NCBI GenBank assembly: GCA_042408535.1
Contig: JBHORA010000039.1
Location: 3,419 to 67,418, forward strand
From: Chloroflexota bacterium
GTDB lineage: Bacteria; Chloroflexota; Limnocylindria; Limnocylindrales; CSP1-4
Direction of reading: 5' to 3'
Length of the DNA: 64,000 nt
Below are positions 63,391 to 64,000 of the stretch, piece by piece. A program made the position numbers and the translations under genes. Positions within the stretch are counted from its first letter, which is position 1. Each line of letters begins with the position of its first letter. The notes under the pieces were generated by a model. It was not told the DNA's origin. It saw nothing but the letters and a program-made list of their open reading frames with translations, and did not search any database.

Positions 63391-64000
63391 GTGACCGACC
63401 AGCCTGACCGCGGGCCGGCGTCGCGCCTGCCCGTCCCTCGGCCGCCAGGAGCGGCGGCCTCGCCGGAACGCTTCGCCGCCCCGCCATCCGCCCGCCGCTT
63501 CGGCCTGACCCCGGAACGGGCGGCCCAGATCGTCCGTCAGTCCTCGAGCGCTCGCTTCGTCGGCTTCCTCGCTGTCGGGGTCGTCGTCCTCTTCGTCATC
63601 GTCTACTACTTCTACGAGCTCGGCTTTCCGGGCGGCCTCATCGAGAGCCGGCTGGCGGCCGAGACCGAGGCCCAGCAGGTGACGGCCGTCGAGCGGGGCT
63701 ACAACATCTACGAGGCGAACTGCGCTCGCTGCCATGGGGCGAACGGGGAGGGCGGCATCGGCCCGAAGCTGAACGACCAGAGCAAGCTCTTCTGGCACCT
63801 CCGCCCGGACTACCTCCGAAACGTCCTCGAGGTCGGCGGTCGGTACGTCTGTGGCGACCCGAACAGCCTCATGCCAATCTGGTCCGACCGGAACGGAGGC
63901 CCCCTCAACTACAAGGCGATCGAAGATCTCATCGCCTTCCTCCGGGCGACGAACGAGCGCCAGTACACGGTCCGGGACCCCGAGCTCTTCGAGCCGGTCA
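63391..64000 (+). CDS. membrane-anchored c-type cytochrome (partial, continues past the window)
   Basis: GAGGAG before GTG 63391. TM FVGFLAVGVVVLFVIVYYF; heme site CARCHG. The frame is open to position 64000. Confidence 0.8.
   Translation, partial: MTDQPDRGPASRLPVPRPPGAAASPERFAAPPSARRFGLTPERAAQIVRQSSSARFVGFLAVGVVVLFVIVYYFYELGFPGGLIESRLAAETEAQQVTAVERGYNIYEANCARCHGANGEGGIGPKLNDQSKLFWHLRPDYLRNVLEVGGRYVCGDPNSLMPIWSDRNGGPLNYKAIEDLIAFLRATNERQYTVRDPELFEPV

Overview
This is a very GC-rich bacterial chromosome segment. Every region has long Arg/Pro/Gly-rich shadow ORFs in the wrong frames, so I kept only ORFs whose translations look like real proteins.

Layout:
1. 404-11330: a decayed genomic island of about 10.9 kb next to tRNA-Pro(CGG). 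It is bounded by a 17-bp direct repeat of the tRNA 3' end. It carries a VapBC module, two ECF sigma systems, a CE4 deacetylase, a phosphoesterase and several gene fragments, but no integrase.
2. 12.4-14.5 kb: an OmpR/histidine-kinase pair.
3. 14.8-24.5 kb: two consecutive operons, each preceded by its own TTGACC-17-TAnnnT promoter and a fluoride (crcB-motif) riboswitch. The first is MoxR-DUF58-DUF4129-MFS. The second is a cation/H+ antiporter, a 4x(CxxC..CxxH) protein, and a degenerate pyrophosphatase-like/PH-like protein. No crcB or CLC-F gene is in the window. This is my best candidate for an undescribed system.
4. An aceA-aceB glyoxylate operon with a divergent, frameshifted LysR gene.
5. 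Window centre: a WYL regulator, AMMECR1 translationally coupled to an HPr-like gene, an array of seven degenerate repeats with a 51-52 bp period, and a WYL regulator plus SAMHD1-like HD phosphohydrolase operon.
6. An FtsX/ABC system, a DUF62 SAM hydrolase plus ECF transporter, a C26 amidotransferase, a LysM-CE4 lipoprotein and an HTH-GAF-GGDEF protein.
7. Housekeeping genes (YbaK, HAD, thiamine pyrophosphokinase, Bcp, PIG-L) and a GltD-like Fe-S flavoprotein coupled to a Rieske/cytochrome b6/subunit IV/cytochrome c cluster.

Short tandem repeats are unusually frequent, both intergenic and in frame inside conserved genes. I recognised no rRNA, cas gene, transposase or integrase. All family assignments come from reading the translations and from remembered motifs; none was checked against a database.
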